Assembly: GCA_009914755.4 (NCBI GenBank)
Contig: CP068257.2
Span: 33,184,001 to 33,248,000, forward strand
DNA from: the human T2T-CHM13v2.0 reference genome, Homo sapiens
Direction: 5' to 3'
Length of the DNA: 64,000 bases
How positions within the stretch are numbered: the stretch's first letter is position 1; the number at the start of each line of letters is the position of its first letter. Shown here piece by piece: positions 1 through 14,800 of the stretch. The position numbers and the translations under genes were made by a program. The notes under the pieces were generated by a model. That model saw only the letters and a program-made list of their open reading frames with translations. It was not told the origin of the DNA and searched no databases.

Positions 1-1399
1 CGTGCTAGGCTTTTCTAAACTCATAATTAAACCATGCAAACGTTGCATAATATTTCACAGCCTTTAAAAAATATGCTTTGGTAAAATGATCTTTATGATT
101 AAAGTCCAAGTTCTATGAGTTTTTTTGTTTTTTAAAGACAGGCTTGCAGATTCCACATTTTCTGACTTCACACCATAACTTAGCTTTTCAGGTGCTGGAG
201 GGGAAGATGGCAGTCAACACCCTGAAGCCCACCCAACCCCCACATCAGTTTTCTTTCATGAGACCACAGTGACCTGTGCTTGGGTTCATTGCCAGTGGTG
301 GGCCAGAAGGTGGGGATGGTGAGCCTCTAATGTTGGGGTTTTAGTTGTTTCCTCTTCTACCTGTGTTACTAATAGAAAACAAAAACAAAAAAGGCCTGAT
401 AATATGGTGCATTCTGGGTTTAATATTCATTACTGTCTTTGGTCTGACAGGGCCAACATGAACTCATGGGCCACCCGAGCACTGGACTAATAGGCAGGAG
501 AGGTGAACTCTTGGTCTTTCTGTCTGGTGAGCAACTGGGTGACATTGGATTACTCACTGACACTTTCTTATTCTCACCTCCGAAGGGAGGTGATCCCTAA
601 ATCCTTTCCAATGGTGACAGAGCAGGATTCTAATTCCAATAGGTCCTACACAGTATTTCTTTGCTTTACTTGTACATTAAGCAGAGTCAGGGAAGAATCA
701 GATGTGGGGTGAAGAGTGGTGCCTGTAATAATAAATTTGTGTATTCTAGGAAGAGGAAGTAGAGGAGAGTACGATGGGAGTTATCCAGAAAAGGCCCCAG
801 GCTGAGGAAGAGAACCACTGTAAATCATTCTCCAGAGCACAGGGCTACTTGTTCTTGAAAGAGTTGCCTCTGATAAGTCAATCCATCTAAAAGAACAAAA
901 GCTTATTGAACATTTACAGTGTGCCAGGAATGTGCTAATTTACCTGGCAGGAGAGTGATGAATAAGACCAACATGGTCCCTGCCCCACAGGCACTTACAG
1001 TCAGTGAAGATCCCAGGATCTTGTGATGCTTGGAAAGGCATCTTCCTGTGGCATTAATCATCATACTGGGTGTTGCTTCATTCATTTATTCATTCATATG
1101 TTCATGAAATTACTTTTTCATTCACTCATATTTCCAACAAACATTTTTGCTTCACTTGGGCCACTGTTTTGGGGACTCACTAGTGAATGGAAGGTTCCTG
1201 CCTTCTGGAAGTTACAGCTACTAGGGTGCCCAAGGGCTGTATCTGGGCTAACTGCTAGATTAGCTGCCTAATTTGGACTTGCAAACAGCTGTTCCCAAGG
1301 TAGAAACAAGAACCCTAGTGGTATCTATTACATGCTTATGTTCTGCCTCTGAGAGGAGGAGACTAGGGAAAGCACCGAACTCAAATCACAGACAAATTT

Positions 1400-1590
1400 C
1401 AGTTTGCATCCTGCCTTCACCATAAACCAACTGGATGACCTTAGGCAGGTCACTTATTTTCTCTGATTCATAGTTAGAATTCTGACTTCAAAGGGTAATA
1501 GGAGTAAGTGAGATAAACTATATGGAAAGCAAGTATCACAATTTCTGGCCATAGTAAATGCTCAATAAGTCTGAATAACCTTTATGATTG
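1400..1590 (+). mobile_element. MIR SINE fragment (ancient)
   Basis: Resembles MIR core/3' consensus: ...ggcaggtcacttattttctctg... and ...gtaaatgctcaataagtc. Boundaries approximate. Confidence 0.5.
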
Positions 1591-1870
1591 TATTACTAAA
1601 AAGGAAAAGAAATCCATGCCAAGGGACTTATCTGATGTTCATTGGTGAGACCACACACATTTGCTCCAGGATAAGGCTCAAGTAATAGTGTTTTGTTCAC
1701 AGCTACAGTCTTGACAGACACACTCTTCAGGCTGGAGAGGAGCTGGGCTCAGGAGATTAAATGGTAAAGGGGCAAATTTCCAAAGATTGGAAATTTGGGA
1801 TTAGGATGGAGAAGGCAGGAACTCAGTATCTCAACCAACTCATGTTTCTATTAAAAAATACTGGATTCAG

Positions 1871-2189
<319 letters not shown>

Positions 2190-2779
2190 TCAAAAATTTA
2201 AATTTGAGCCTTTATGCATACTGGTTTTCCAGGCTAAATGATGTCTGATGCAGCCACTTTACTGAGGCCATTTTGTGATGGGTTATTTTCAGCTTTTTAA
2301 TCATCAATAATGGGTAAAACAGGCCTTCTACTCCTTGATCCCCATTCCCTTCCATTTGAAATGGGAAGTTAGGGATAAGGTAGAGTTGAGGTTAGTGGTG
2401 AGCTCAGAGGTGTACACGGCATATATCACACAAGAAGAAAGGAGAATGCTTTTATCTTTTGATGCAGCAATATTAAAATGTCTCTAGAGTCAACAATGAC
2501 CCTTTTAAATAATTCATGTCAGAATGTCCTGTTGCTTCTAGTTTCAGTTCCAAAATTTAAAGAGCTTGAGAGTCATCACTCTTGTTTTTATAAGAAAAAA
2601 TGCTGAACAAACTGAAAATCCATGACTTTTCTTAAGTCCAATGGAAAGCTGAAGTTGCAGGGCAAACTGCAACCCCAAATTTTGAGAAGCAGGCAAATAT
2701 AGAGAATCATAGTGAGGTCTGCTTGCTGGGAGCAGAATTTCTGAATTCATAAACTGATGAGAACACTTAATGGTGATTT

Positions 2780-5700
2780 TGACAGATTGCTAGAGGCTCA
2801 GTACAGACTAGTGTGCGAATAAGACACTCCTAGGGGCTACAGTTTCAGGAGGAAGTGCACTGTTGTGGGTTTTTCATTCAGGAACTCCACCAGATTCTCA
2901 CAGGATCCAATATATTATTATAACAGTGGGTTATGGCTGAAAGAGCTTCAACATACTGACTAAGGAGGAGTTCATAGAGAAGCTCACAGATGACATGGGA
3001 GACAAAAACAAGGACGCTAGAGGAATTTGAAGTCTCTGGTACCTTCTGAAAACATTAAATACAGCCCAACTCTTGGGTACATGAGAATAATAACTCACGC
3101 TAAAGGCCTACTAAGTTCCTATTGCCTGATAAATCATGTTAAACTTTCAATAAAAAATTACAAGAAAGGCAAGAAAAAAACACAGTCTGAAGAGATAAAG
3201 CAAGCATCAGAACCAGACCCAGATGTGACACAGATTTTGGAATTACAAGACAGGGAATTTAACAATGATTAACATGTTAATGGCTCTAGTGGAAAAAGAA
3301 GACAAGGTGCAAGAAGAGATGGATGATGTAGGCAGGGAGATGGAAACTTTTTTTTTTTTTTTTTTTGAGACAGTGTCTCGCTCTGTCGCCCACACTGGAG
3401 TGCAGTGGCGCAATCTTGGCTTACTGCAACCTCCGCCTCCTGGGTTCAAGTGATTCTCCTCCTCAGCCTCCCGAGTAGCTGGGATTACAGGCACCTGCCA
3501 CCACGCCCAGCTATTTTTTCTTTTTTTTTGTAATTTTTGGTAGAGACAGGGTTTCACCATGTTGGCTAGGTTGGTCTCGAACTCCTGACCCCAGGTGATC
3601 CACCCACTTCGGCCTTCCAAAGTGCTGGGATTACAGGCATGAGCCACCGTGCCCAGCCTGAAACTCTTAACACTCAAAAGCAAATTCTAAAAACCAAAAG
3701 CACCCTAACAGAAATGAGGAATGGCTTACTTAGTAGACAGAACATGACAAAGCAAAGAACCAATGAACTTGAAGATACAGAAACTTACCAAACAAAAAGA
3801 TAAAGAGGAAAAAGAAAGAACATCCAAGAACTGTGAGAAAGTTTCAAAAGATGTAATGTGTAATTGGAATACCAGATGGAGAAGAAAAAGAAAACAGTGG
3901 AAGAAATACTTGAAGTATTAATGGCTATGAATTTTCCAAAATTAATGACAGATACCAAACCACAGATCCAGAAAGCTCAGAGAACACCAAGCATAATAAA
4001 TACCAAATCTACACCCAGGCATATCATATTTAAACTGCAAAAAACCAAAGAGAAGAGAAAATCTTGAAAGAAGCTAGAGAGGGGGAAAAGCCAACACCTT
4101 ATCCATAGAGGAAAAAGGATAAGAATTACATTATCTTTCTCTTCAGAAACCATGCAAACACAAAGAAAGGAGAATACATGAAGTGTTGCAACAAAAAAGC
4201 TACCAAACTATTATTCTGCATTCAGCAAAATTATCCTTCAAATTCAAAGAAATAAGGATATTTTCTGACAAACAAAACTGGAATAATTCATTGCCAGCTG
4301 ACCTGCCCTATGAGAAATGTCAAAAAGAACTGCATAAAAAAGGAAGAGCATTAGAAAAGTACTATATTAAGGTAAAATTAAGTTTTATTTTTCTTAACTG
4401 ATCTGAAAGATAACTGTTTACAATAATAGTAACAAAGTATTGAGTGATTATAGCATGTGGATAAATGAAATAAAAGGCAGTAATGATATAAACAGGAAGG
4501 AAGAAGTGGTAGTTATTTGATGCTAGATGTAGATTAGTTATACATGTACTTTTCAAACTTTAGGGCAGTAACTAAAAACATTTTTAAAAAGAATGATTAA
4601 TATGCTAACAGAGGAGATAAAATGGAATCATATAAAATGTTCAGTTAAACCTATAAAAGGTAGAAAAAGAGGTGTGGGGGGAAGAATCAGGTGCAACAAA
4701 TATAAAAGTTATAAATATGATTGATACTACTGCAGTTATATTAATACTTAGGTTAAATATGAATACTCTAAATGCACCAATTTAAAGACAGAGATTGGCA
4801 GTGTGGATTAAAGACAAGACCCAACTACATATTGTCTACAAGGGACCTATTTTAAATAAAAATATTTATACAGATTACAAGTAAAGGGATGGAAAAAGGT
4901 ACACCATGCTAACACTGATTGAAAGAAAGCCAGAGCAGCGATGTTAATTTTATACAAAGCTGACTTCAGAGGAAGGACAATTTTCAGGGATAAAGAAGGG
5001 AATTACATGATGATAATGTGGGTGAATTCTCTAAGAAGACAGCATCTTTAATATATGTCCACCTAAAAACTGAGTGTCAAAAAACATGAGGCAAAAACTG
5101 ATAGAACTACACGGAGAAATAGGTAAATACGCTATTACAATTGGAGACTTCAACAACCCTCTTTCAGTAATTGATACATCAAGCAGGCAGAAAATTAAGA
5201 CACAGTTGACCTAAACGGCACTACCAGTCAACTTGATCTAATTAACATTTATGGAATACTCTAACAACAGCAGAATACACATTCTTCAGCTCACATGGAA
5301 GATTCACCAAGATAAGCCATATTCTGGGCCACAAAACACACTTTAAGATCCTTAAAAGTATAGAAAGCATACAAAGTATTTTCTCAGACCACATGGATTT
5401 AAATTAAAAAGCCAATAATAGATAACTGGAAAATCTCCAAATATTTGGAGATTAAACAACATACTTCTACATTAGACATGAGTCAAATAAAAAGTCTCAA
5501 GAGAAATTAAAAAATGTTTTGAACTAAATGAAAATACAACTTATTACAATTTTTGGATGCAGATAGAACAGTACTTAGAGGGAAATTTATAGCATTGAAT
5601 ACATATATTAGAAAAGAAAGATCCAGAATCAGTCACTGAAGCTTCCACCTCAGGAGACTGGAGAAAATAGCAATACAGACCTCAAGCAAGCAGAAGAGAA

Positions 5701-5800
5701 GAAATAATAAAAATTAGACTAGGAACCAGTGAAATTAAGTACAGGAAAATAATAGACAAAATCAATAGAACAAAATATCTTGTTCTTTGAAAAGTTCAAA
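2780..5800 (+). mobile_element. Old L1 LINE fragment (5' part: ORF1 and the ORF2 endonuclease region), decayed, interrupted by an Alu
   Basis: Translation gives the L1 ORF1 C-terminal region (...NFPKLMTDTKPQIQKAQRTPSIINTKSTPRHIIFKLQKTKEKRK...). It then gives the ORF2 EN domain (...gacttcaacaaccctctttcagtaattgatacatcaagcaggcagaaaat = GDFNNPLSVIDTSSRQK). Many frameshifts and stops. The 5' edge is uncertain. Confidence 0.85.
3348..3658 (-). mobile_element. Alu SINE (antisense), inserted into the L1
   Basis: Poly-T then gagacagtgtctcgctctgtcgcccacactggagtgcagtgg, ending ...gagccaccgtgcccagcc. Short TSD gaaact. Confidence 0.95.
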
Positions 5801-8800
5801 ACATCCCTCTTTGTCCTCGTGCTCCCCACAGGCGCTGGGAGAAGATGGATAGAGACCCCTCCCGGCCCTCCTCTGACTGTCCACTCTAGGGTCTTTTAAA
5901 CACCCACCCTCAGAAGCTGGGTTTCCAACAGCACCCCTTGAGCGGTGGCACCCTTCATCCTGGGCTTGGAGAAGGTTATAGTTAGAAAGCCCCTTCCTTG
6001 ATTGTGTGGCTGACATCTTTAAAACGCCAGGTCTTTCAGTCATCTCTCAGAGCTATTTAAAAATAAAAGTCACATAGACCACAGGGTTCTACCATCTATT
6101 TTTGAAAAAGGCAAATCAGCTTGGTGAACATATAAACCCTAGGGGCAGCCCTGGTTATTTCCCTGGAGGAATTTTTTCCCTCCTTCATCCTGGAGGAAGG
6201 TAGGGACGTTCCCAGGGTTCCCTCCAGATTCACCTCAGTCATGGGGAGCTGGTGTAATGCCCTCTTGGAGACCTCAGAACACACAACAGGATGTGACTCA
6301 GGACTCAGAGATGTGAGTCAGTTTCCAGGGTGATGTGTTAGGGCGAGCCCCAGTGGTGGTTTGCATCTCACTGTCTGGGACCCCTGGGAAGAAAGGCCTA
6401 GGCTCCCCTTGCAGACAAAGGGGGTGACCCCAGATGCTTCCCAGCATCACATCTGTCAGAGGTGTGTGATGTCAGGGGCCTTTCAGAGTCCCTGGGGGTG
6501 GGTGACTCTGCTCTGAAAGGGACATTTCCCTGAAAGTTCCACTGTCTTTGAGAAGCAGTGTTTCCTCTGGCCTCTGCAGCAGGGAGCAAAGCTCCGGCAC
6601 AGCACAAGTAAGAAGAGCAGTCACCTATTCCTACTACAGGTACCCCCAGGTAGCAGACACCGGCTCAGCACACTGTTGCTATATCATTGAAATCCCATGA
6701 TAACATGAGTCAGTCAGCACCAGCTCTGGATCCTGGAAAAAAGGGAGGTTGTGAAACAGCTCCAGGATTTGCCAACCGTTCGTCTCTGGCCGGCTGCAGA
6801 CATCTTGGTTAGTCATGTGTAGCTCAGATGCATTCGTTGTTCCAGCAATTACTTTGAAGAGAAGCAGACAGACCAAGCCGGGGCAGAACCCTGCCTGGGT
6901 ATGCTGTTTTAAAGGCCTCAGGTTTTGAGGGATCCCATCCTCACTGCCGACCTGCCAGCCTGGGAGGTGGCAGGCTGCCTGCGGGAAGGAAGAAGGGAGC
7001 CCTGTGTCCGCCTCTCCACCACTCCCTGCTTCCGGGACCCGTATTCATCACCTCGCCGGGGAAGCTTTGTGGCTTTGTGGTCAGGGCCCTGTGAATCAAG
7101 AATGCTGGTTCCTCACATCAGGCCGCCCCCAACCCTGCTGGTTCACCCTGGAGTCCTTTTCTTTTCAAACCTCTGTTTCCTCACCTCTAAAAATGGGGGT
7201 AACCAGGCTCACTTGCCTCACAGGTGTGAGAGTTAATTAATGTTTGTGGGGCAGCTTTGAGATCCACAGATGAAAGGTGCTCTATAAACGCAAAGTGCAA
7301 TTCCTCATTAGCACTGTCAGACAGTTCCCAGGGGAAACAGTTCACCCTGCACCACGAGGCTGCTACCCTCAGCCAGATGAGTCTGAGACACGTCTGGGAA
7401 AGGGCTACGTATTTAGGCAGAGTGCTTTTGGAGGGAGGGTTCAAGGATAGGTCACTAGCTTCCAGAAAAGATGGGTGTTTTTAGAACATGTCTCATTCTC
7501 AGTTGGCATCGTGTCCCTGAGGCAGAGGGAGAGTGGCCTTCAGTGCACACAGCTGGAGGGACCATAGTTCAGAGGGAACAGAAGGCACCTTCTGGTTTCT
7601 GCTGCCTCCTCCCTTGCAGACAGATTCTTTCTCTGTACTTTGTTAAATAAACATTTGTTGCAGACATCTTTTCCATAAGGATCTTCTGCACTGTGCACTT
7701 TCTGCACCTCTGCCCCCCGTATACAACTTTCCAGGCCTGAAGGAGCTCTACAGACAGGTTGGGTACATTCCTGCAACACCAGCACATCATGGATGTTTAG
7801 ATTCTTCTATGGCCACCCTATTTATTTCCTTCCACTCCTCCATGTCCTTCTTCTCCAGGAGGGTAAAGACAACTTTCTGCTCCCTTCTACTCCTCTGGCA
7901 CCTTTGCCCCGCTTAGTTCCTTGAAAAACATGAGCCAGAAATATTGTGTTGAGGGCTGGGATATCTCAAGCAGCCTCCATCCTGAGACTGGACCCTTGGT
8001 GGAGAATGAGGATACTCACTCCAGTAAAACAAATCACTGACACCTCAAGTGGGAGCTGGGAAGCTTCAAGCAGAAGAGGCACAGCATCTCCCAGGACTGC
8101 ACACAGCTAAAGAAACAGAATTTTCTGAAGAACACTCCATTGAGGTGGCACCTGATATCAAGAGGATTGTGCACGCTTGATAGTCTATGCTTGGAAGGCC
8201 TGGGTTGGGAGACTGTCATCTCCAACCTGCAGTCCAGGCTGGGCATGGAAGGCCGTGCTTTACAGCCAATCTCCACTGTGCTGATGAGGGGCCGGTGGGA
8301 TTTCCTAGAGAGGCACCTGTGATATCTCTGGCTAAACAGATACAGTTAAGAGCTGTCCCTGGGGCAGATCATGTTAAGTAACATGGCTGAGATTTGCCAG
8401 GGTCCATGTAATGCCTTAGGGTGTCAGCACGCAAGAAAAAAAAAGAAGTGACTTTACGTCTGGGACTACAGAGGCTACAAAATGATGAACCCCCTAACCT
8501 ATGAGTTGTCGATATTGGAGAATACGATGCTTTTGAGCCCAGCTCAGATGGAGATCTGTTCCACACAGGTGTGTGTCATGCCAGTTTGCAGCCTGGGCTT
8601 CCTCTGGTGACTACCCCATCCATCTCTGCCACTGCCCCAGCTCTCTGTGCCCAAGTGCTGTCCCTGAGCCAGACCTCTGGTGGGAGAGGCCGAGGGGGCA
8701 TGGAGCAGTGATCTCAAAAGCCTTCCTCTCTACACAAACCCAACCACGGGTTTCTCAGTGGGCATTCTCCTAGCTGCAGCCTTAGTTTTTACTTTGGCAC

Positions 8801-11800
8801 TTTTTTGATGTTGTAAAATGTTAGAACTGTTTGAAAAATTCTAGAGTGGCTTGAAGCCCAGCAAGCAGTCTCTGTTGTCTTCTGCTTCCATATGACATGG
8901 GCCCTAAGGCAGGCTTATTGGATTTTATGCCAGGGATTCTGGTTTTAAGCAGCAAACTCTGAGGCATGGCATTCTAATAAAATCAGAAGAAAAACTCATA
9001 TGAATGGGGGAAAAGGAGAATTCAAAACAATAAACATGAAATATGGCTTAACATAAAGATGCTTTTGTTTGTTCTGGCCCCAAACATTTTCAGGATTTGG
9101 GAACCTCATCCCAGAGCTGTCTCTCTAAAAGCCAAAAGGGCTTCAGTAAGGATACAATAAGGGCATAGTTCTGCAGTCTGAGAGGTAAGGACAGAGACCC
9201 TAGCTTGGCCCCTCACTCACAGTGTGCTGAAGCAAGTAACTTAATGCCTTGGAGACTCAGTTTCCCCCCATAAGGAGATGTTATTGCATCTGTCCCTTAG
9301 ATTCCTGGGAGGGTGAAATGTGCCCCTCTGCCCGATATTGTCAATGCAGTAGCTGGCACCTTGAAGGCAGGAAACAGTCTTCTCTCCCCTGCCCTTCCAG
9401 GAAAGGATAACAGTGTCTGGAGAGTACTGTTGGCTTAGCTGGTTGTTGCTCCAGGTAACAGAAGAGGGAGAGGCTTGGTCTCACAAAGCCACCAGAAATG
9501 AGACCTTCCTTAGGCAGCCAGAGTTCCAAGGTGCACTATTCCAGCGGGGTAGCATGCACCGCTAGGATGCAACATAAGCCCTTCCTCCTGCAGAGCAGCA
9601 GCCTCCTCCTTCACAAGGAGCACCATAGCCACCCTGCAGAACACAGCTGCGTCAGGGCCTCACAGCAGTGTTGCACCGTGCCAGCCACAACACAGATTCT
9701 GAAAGCTGCATTTTACAAATCGAGGATTCACTGCTCTTTGTCTTGTGAAGTGTGACCCACAATGAATGGCAACCGTTCTTTCTTTAAGAGCTTCCATTCC
9801 ATGCTCCCAATTTGAAGGATATCCTGACAAAGGGAAGTAGAATTCCCCAAGTGGAAGTGCCTCGTCCCCTTCAATAAACGCGAGTGAAATCAAAGGGCTG
9901 CTTCTGTGCTCTCTTCCTCTGTTTTTCTCATGCAGTCCTCCCATCTGACTACCTTGTCACAGCTCTTCTTTTCCTACCTGCATCCTCTTCACCTTGTTTT
10001 CCTTTCCCACACATCAGGCCAAGGCTTCTAGAATTCCTTGCAGCAAGAGCTGGAGGACAGAACCTCAGGGAACTGCCCTGTGGGAATGCTTCATGTCGTC
10101 TTCTACACGCCCTCTGACCTGGCCGCTGCACACAGGTCTTTCACTCTATGTGATTCCCTGGCTGCCCCTTCACCTCCAAGAGCTCTGAACGGCTTTACAA
10201 CTAGGAAGTCTCTGAATGTGCAGAACAATGAGTTTCTCTTTCAGCAGGGCCTTGCCACCCCAGTTGTTTTTATTCCCCCCTCTGATATGCTAGAGATAAT
10301 GATAGATCCAGGAAGTATATTTTCTTCACACTAGGAGGGGCCTTGCCCCACAACTGGAGACATGCCATTCCTGTCTTTACTGTCTGTTCTGATGGGAGCT
10401 CCTGAGAGATGGCAGGACAGGCAGCCTTCATTCCTAAACACAGTGTCCTGCAGACCCACCCGCTCCAGCTTATTTTTCACAGACATATTTCTGGAGGAGT
10501 AGTGTTTATTATACCTCTGAAACTCAAGGCTTCTCCATGCACAGAAATAGCCTCCAAGAAACAGCCCTCTATACCCCCGAGAAATGCCCCCAAGAAACCT
10601 CCATGCCCCTGAGAAATAGCTCTCTTGCACCTCTCTATTTTTTGAAATTTCTTAAATATTTGCCACCAAGCAACAGAGTGAATAAGAGGCTAAAATGTTC
10701 CCTCATTTGGTGACAAGTTCCTATGCAAGTTTTGAATTATTTGGAATAATTGGATTTCTTTGGCTTGTGAGCCAAGGGGAATCACTATCACTTTCTTCTA
10801 TGGTATCAGAAAACTCCCTCTTTCTTCTAAGTTCCCCTGCTGCAGTCTTCTCCCCCACCTTCATGTGAGAGCTACACAAGGGGAATTTGTTCACTTAAGT
10901 TTGCAGCCATTTTGCACACCCCAAAGAGTTGACCTTGATGTGAACTAATTGGGATTGCAGTGGGTTAATAACACAGGTTGGTGAGGTGGAATTTGCAGCA
11001 TAAAGGAAACACTTGAAGATAAGAGCCATTTGTGCTTTCATAAGCTCATCCCTGGTGCTCTGAACAAAGGACACAAACTAATAAAGTCAGATTCATCTAG
11101 GGGCAATCTACACTCGCTCACCCCAAACTCTGATTCAGAAAGGCAAATGGAAATCTGCCAGAATTCTTTTAAACTCCAACACAGATCTCGATTTAAAAAA
11201 TGACACACACAAAACCGCTTGGTAATAAGCAGACCTCTGATGATCTAAAGATCCACAGCTTCGTTTATTGACTTAGAGAAAGTAAATGGCATTTCAAATA
11301 CAACCTTCATACTTCAATAGATGAGGTCACCCTGAGAAAGATGATACTCAGCCCAGCAGTGGGAAACCTCCCTCCAGAGAACTGCTTTGATTTACAAGGC
11401 CAAGGAAGGCTTTCTCATAGAAGCCATATACTTGGGCTAAAATGGAGTAATTTTTTTTAAAAAAATTAAATGTAGAGGTTGAGATAGCAGACAACTATGA
11501 AACTCTTGCTCAACAAGAGGGATGACCTATGGAAGACAGGAATGCTAGGACCTACAGAACTGAAGGGTCAAAATTGACTTACTACCAAGTTTAGATAGCT
11601 AAGTAACTCACATTTTTTTCAGGCATTGAGATCCTGTGTATATTGACTAGAAGATCCTTGTGAATTTCCCAATTACTCTTAAATAGCGATCATCAAACGG
11701 GTGATTTCTCCTCCAGGGGATTTCTGGCAATGTCTGGAGACATTTTTGGTTGCCACAACTGAGGAAGGGGGAGTGCTACTGTCATCTAGTACGTGGAGGC

Positions 11801-14800
11801 CAGGAATGCTGCTCAACATCCTACAATGCACAGGATGGCCCCTACAACAGAGAATGATCCTGCCCACAAGATCAAGCGTGCCCTAAAGTGTCAAAGAAAA
11901 CCTTGCTCAGGGAAAGCACACACTGCCACAATGGTTTCAGCTACCATGATGACAAGACGGAAGATGTGACTTCTAGAGGTGCTCTTCAGGATCGGGGAAA
12001 GCTAACACAGCATTGTCCCCTGGGCACAGTACAAATGAACTGAGGGGTATGAGGAGATGAGGTGTGTGGTGAGCACTTTCTGGAGCCCTTGTGAGAATCC
12101 TGGGTGGCTGCAGTCATGATGCACCCAGGGGGAAACTCCATCCCCATGTAAGGTTTAAGGCGACTGCTCTCTCAGTCTCATGGCCTGGCACCCAGACTTA
12201 GAGCTGGCATGTTGAGCCCTGGGTGAGCTGCAGGTGTGAACTACCAACAAGACTGCTCCTGAGCTGACCGTCGGCTTTGCCATCTGGGAGGGTACAGGCT
12301 AGCACTTGCCTCTCCTGGGCTTCCTGGGCATGAGTCACATGTAACTAGATAATGACGCAAATCACCGTCAACATTACTTAAGGTTTCATTCTAATGTCTT
12401 ATGGAATGATAGAGCAGAAAGCAACCTCCGAGACAGCAGAGACAACCATGCCAGCCCCATCTCAGAGAAAGCTGCAGTGCGGAATGGTGAAGGGACTCCC
12501 CCTATTCTCCACAGCAGATAGCAACAGAGCAGGGACAGACCTTCTGGCTCTTTGTAGACTACTGCTTTAACTACATGATAGTTAGAAACTATAACCCTCC
12601 CATCAATCTAGTTACCATGTACTGACAAAACAAAAAGACCTAGCTAAACCTCAAAAAAAAAGAAGTCACTGGAAAGCACATTGTCCAGATGGTTCTGGTG
12701 GGGAGCACCTTTGCCTGCTTATAGCTCTGTGAGATCCTGAGCTTGGTGAGATGGACTGGGAAGTCCTAACTTCATTTATGTCTTCTCTCCACCCTGAAAC
12801 GATGCCAAAATGACCCCAAATCTCAAATAAAAGTTGGTGTCTGTTGCTGTAAATGTACAAATAACCCAAAGTCAAAATTAGGGATGGAAGTTACCATTCC
12901 TTTTGCCTTCTGTGTTTTGAGGTGGTCGTGGGGAGGAGGAAGGCTTTCAGGGACAAGCAGACGGCGACAGGGATCACACTGTCACCTGTGTGCGCCTTTT
13001 CTTCTAATGGCCTTAAACTGCCAAGTGGCTGCAACTGCAGCGTGCTGATTTTAAACGCTTTTATGGAAAGCACCATCCCCTTTTCGACTAGCATCACTTA
13101 AAATAATGAGTTAGATGCACTTGTATTATTCTGTCTTTCAAGTGGATTAAATTCACAGGCTCGCTCTCCTCCAGTCTCGCAAGCTTTGGCCTGGCTGTCT
13201 GAACCTCCAGATTAGACTGATGAGCACATGCCAGACAGCAATGAAATGCAATTACCCAGGCAAACTTTTGAAGGATTTGAGCCCTGGGGCACAGGCTGTT
13301 TACGAAAGACTAAAAGCACCGTTTGTGCTGAGCAGGACCAGTTGCCTCCGTCTTTTCCAGTTCTGGATCCTGCCTGCCACTGGACTGCAGGCAGGATTTC
13401 TGGGGGCCTGATAACATCAGGCTTCTGTCCACACCTCAGCACCTCGGGGTCTTTGCTCTGTTTTTCAACAAGAAAATGCAAGTACCAACAAAAGCCTATT
13501 ATAACATCTCCCTTTGTGTTCACTGACTGACTCTCTCTCTCTCATTGACTTATTTTTTTGTATTGTGTACTACCCCGAAAAAATGCAGCCAGGAATCATC
13601 CTATAGCTGACTGGCTGTGTAACTTCTTTGGAAATGAACAACCTTTCCAAAAAACAGGAACTTCCCGTCTTCTTTGAAAAAAAAAATTAAAAAGCAAACC
13701 AGTCTCAACAGCACCTCTGAATTACCTTCCCCTTGATTTGAACAAAAGAGGTTTCAGAGGAACAGAGGTGGAGGGAAGAGAAAACAAAGAATGGGCAAAG
13801 GGAAGGTTGACAAGGAGAGTGACCATGGTCTCCCCTCTGCTGACCCAGACTTTTTTTTGTTTGTGTGTTTTAGACAACTGTGGGTGACACAGAGGTGTTG
13901 GAATGGTTCTTCATCCATTCAGCTGAAAATTAAAATGTAATTCTGCTAGGAGAATGCTGGGGAGGGGAGGGACTGGGGAAGGTTCCTTGGCTTTTGTAGT
14001 TGCTGTGGAGGAAGCACCAAGTGAAGCCAGCAGGATGGCAGCACTGAAACGCTCCAGGGCTGGGGTTGGGGGTCCTGAAGCCCCCGCCATAGGGCACAGG
14101 GTGGGTGTGGGAAAGAAGCTTCCATGAGGAGTGGGAAAATACGAGGGATAGCAAGAAAAAGAGTAAACTTGGAAGGATGGGTTTCAGAAGTGCTGGAACC
14201 AAGAACAAGCTAGAATGCTTTTAGAGAAGGAGGCCACACAGGGGCACATGTGCACACCAAGGAAGGAGGAAGAACGCCACTGCCAGGAGCTAGCAGTGAG
14301 TAGGGGTTGGGATCCAAGGAAGTGGTAGGTAAATCATGCACTCTTACTCTGGGGTCGAGATGTCTTACAAAATGTGGAAAGCAGGGTCAGGATTCAGAAG
14401 GCAGCCTCCGATGAGGCTGAGCAGTCTTTAGAGGAAGGAAGATGAAAAGAAAGAAGCTGGGATGAGAGAGTTTGGCCTCAGAGAGGGAATGGGAAAGGGC
14501 AGGGGGGCTCACTAGCTTAGTTAGCAGAAGGCTGTGAAAGTGATGAGGGCCAGAAAGCCAAGAAGCATGGAGACTTCCTAGGCTCCTCCTCATCACAAAC
14601 AAGAAGGGAAATGGCCCAAGAAAGGGCAGGTGGTGCCAGCCAGGCTCTCCCCCCAGGTTCCCAGCTGGGATCTGGGAAAGGAGAAGGAAAGAATGGAGAA
14701 AGGAAACAGCCAAAGGGCCCCAGCAGAGAGTTGGTGCTATGTAAGGAAAGAAATTGTTTAGGGCAGGATATTCTGAAATTAACTTAAAACCTAAAACAAA

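Noticed and set aside
3243-3683. 146-aa minus-strand ORF
   Set aside because: It is the antisense translation of the Alu at 3348-3658, a common Alu-derived pseudo-ORF.
5800-7000. Possible LTR or processed-pseudogene-like segment after the L1
   Set aside because: No confident match to a repeat consensus or protein that I can recall, so it is left unannotated.
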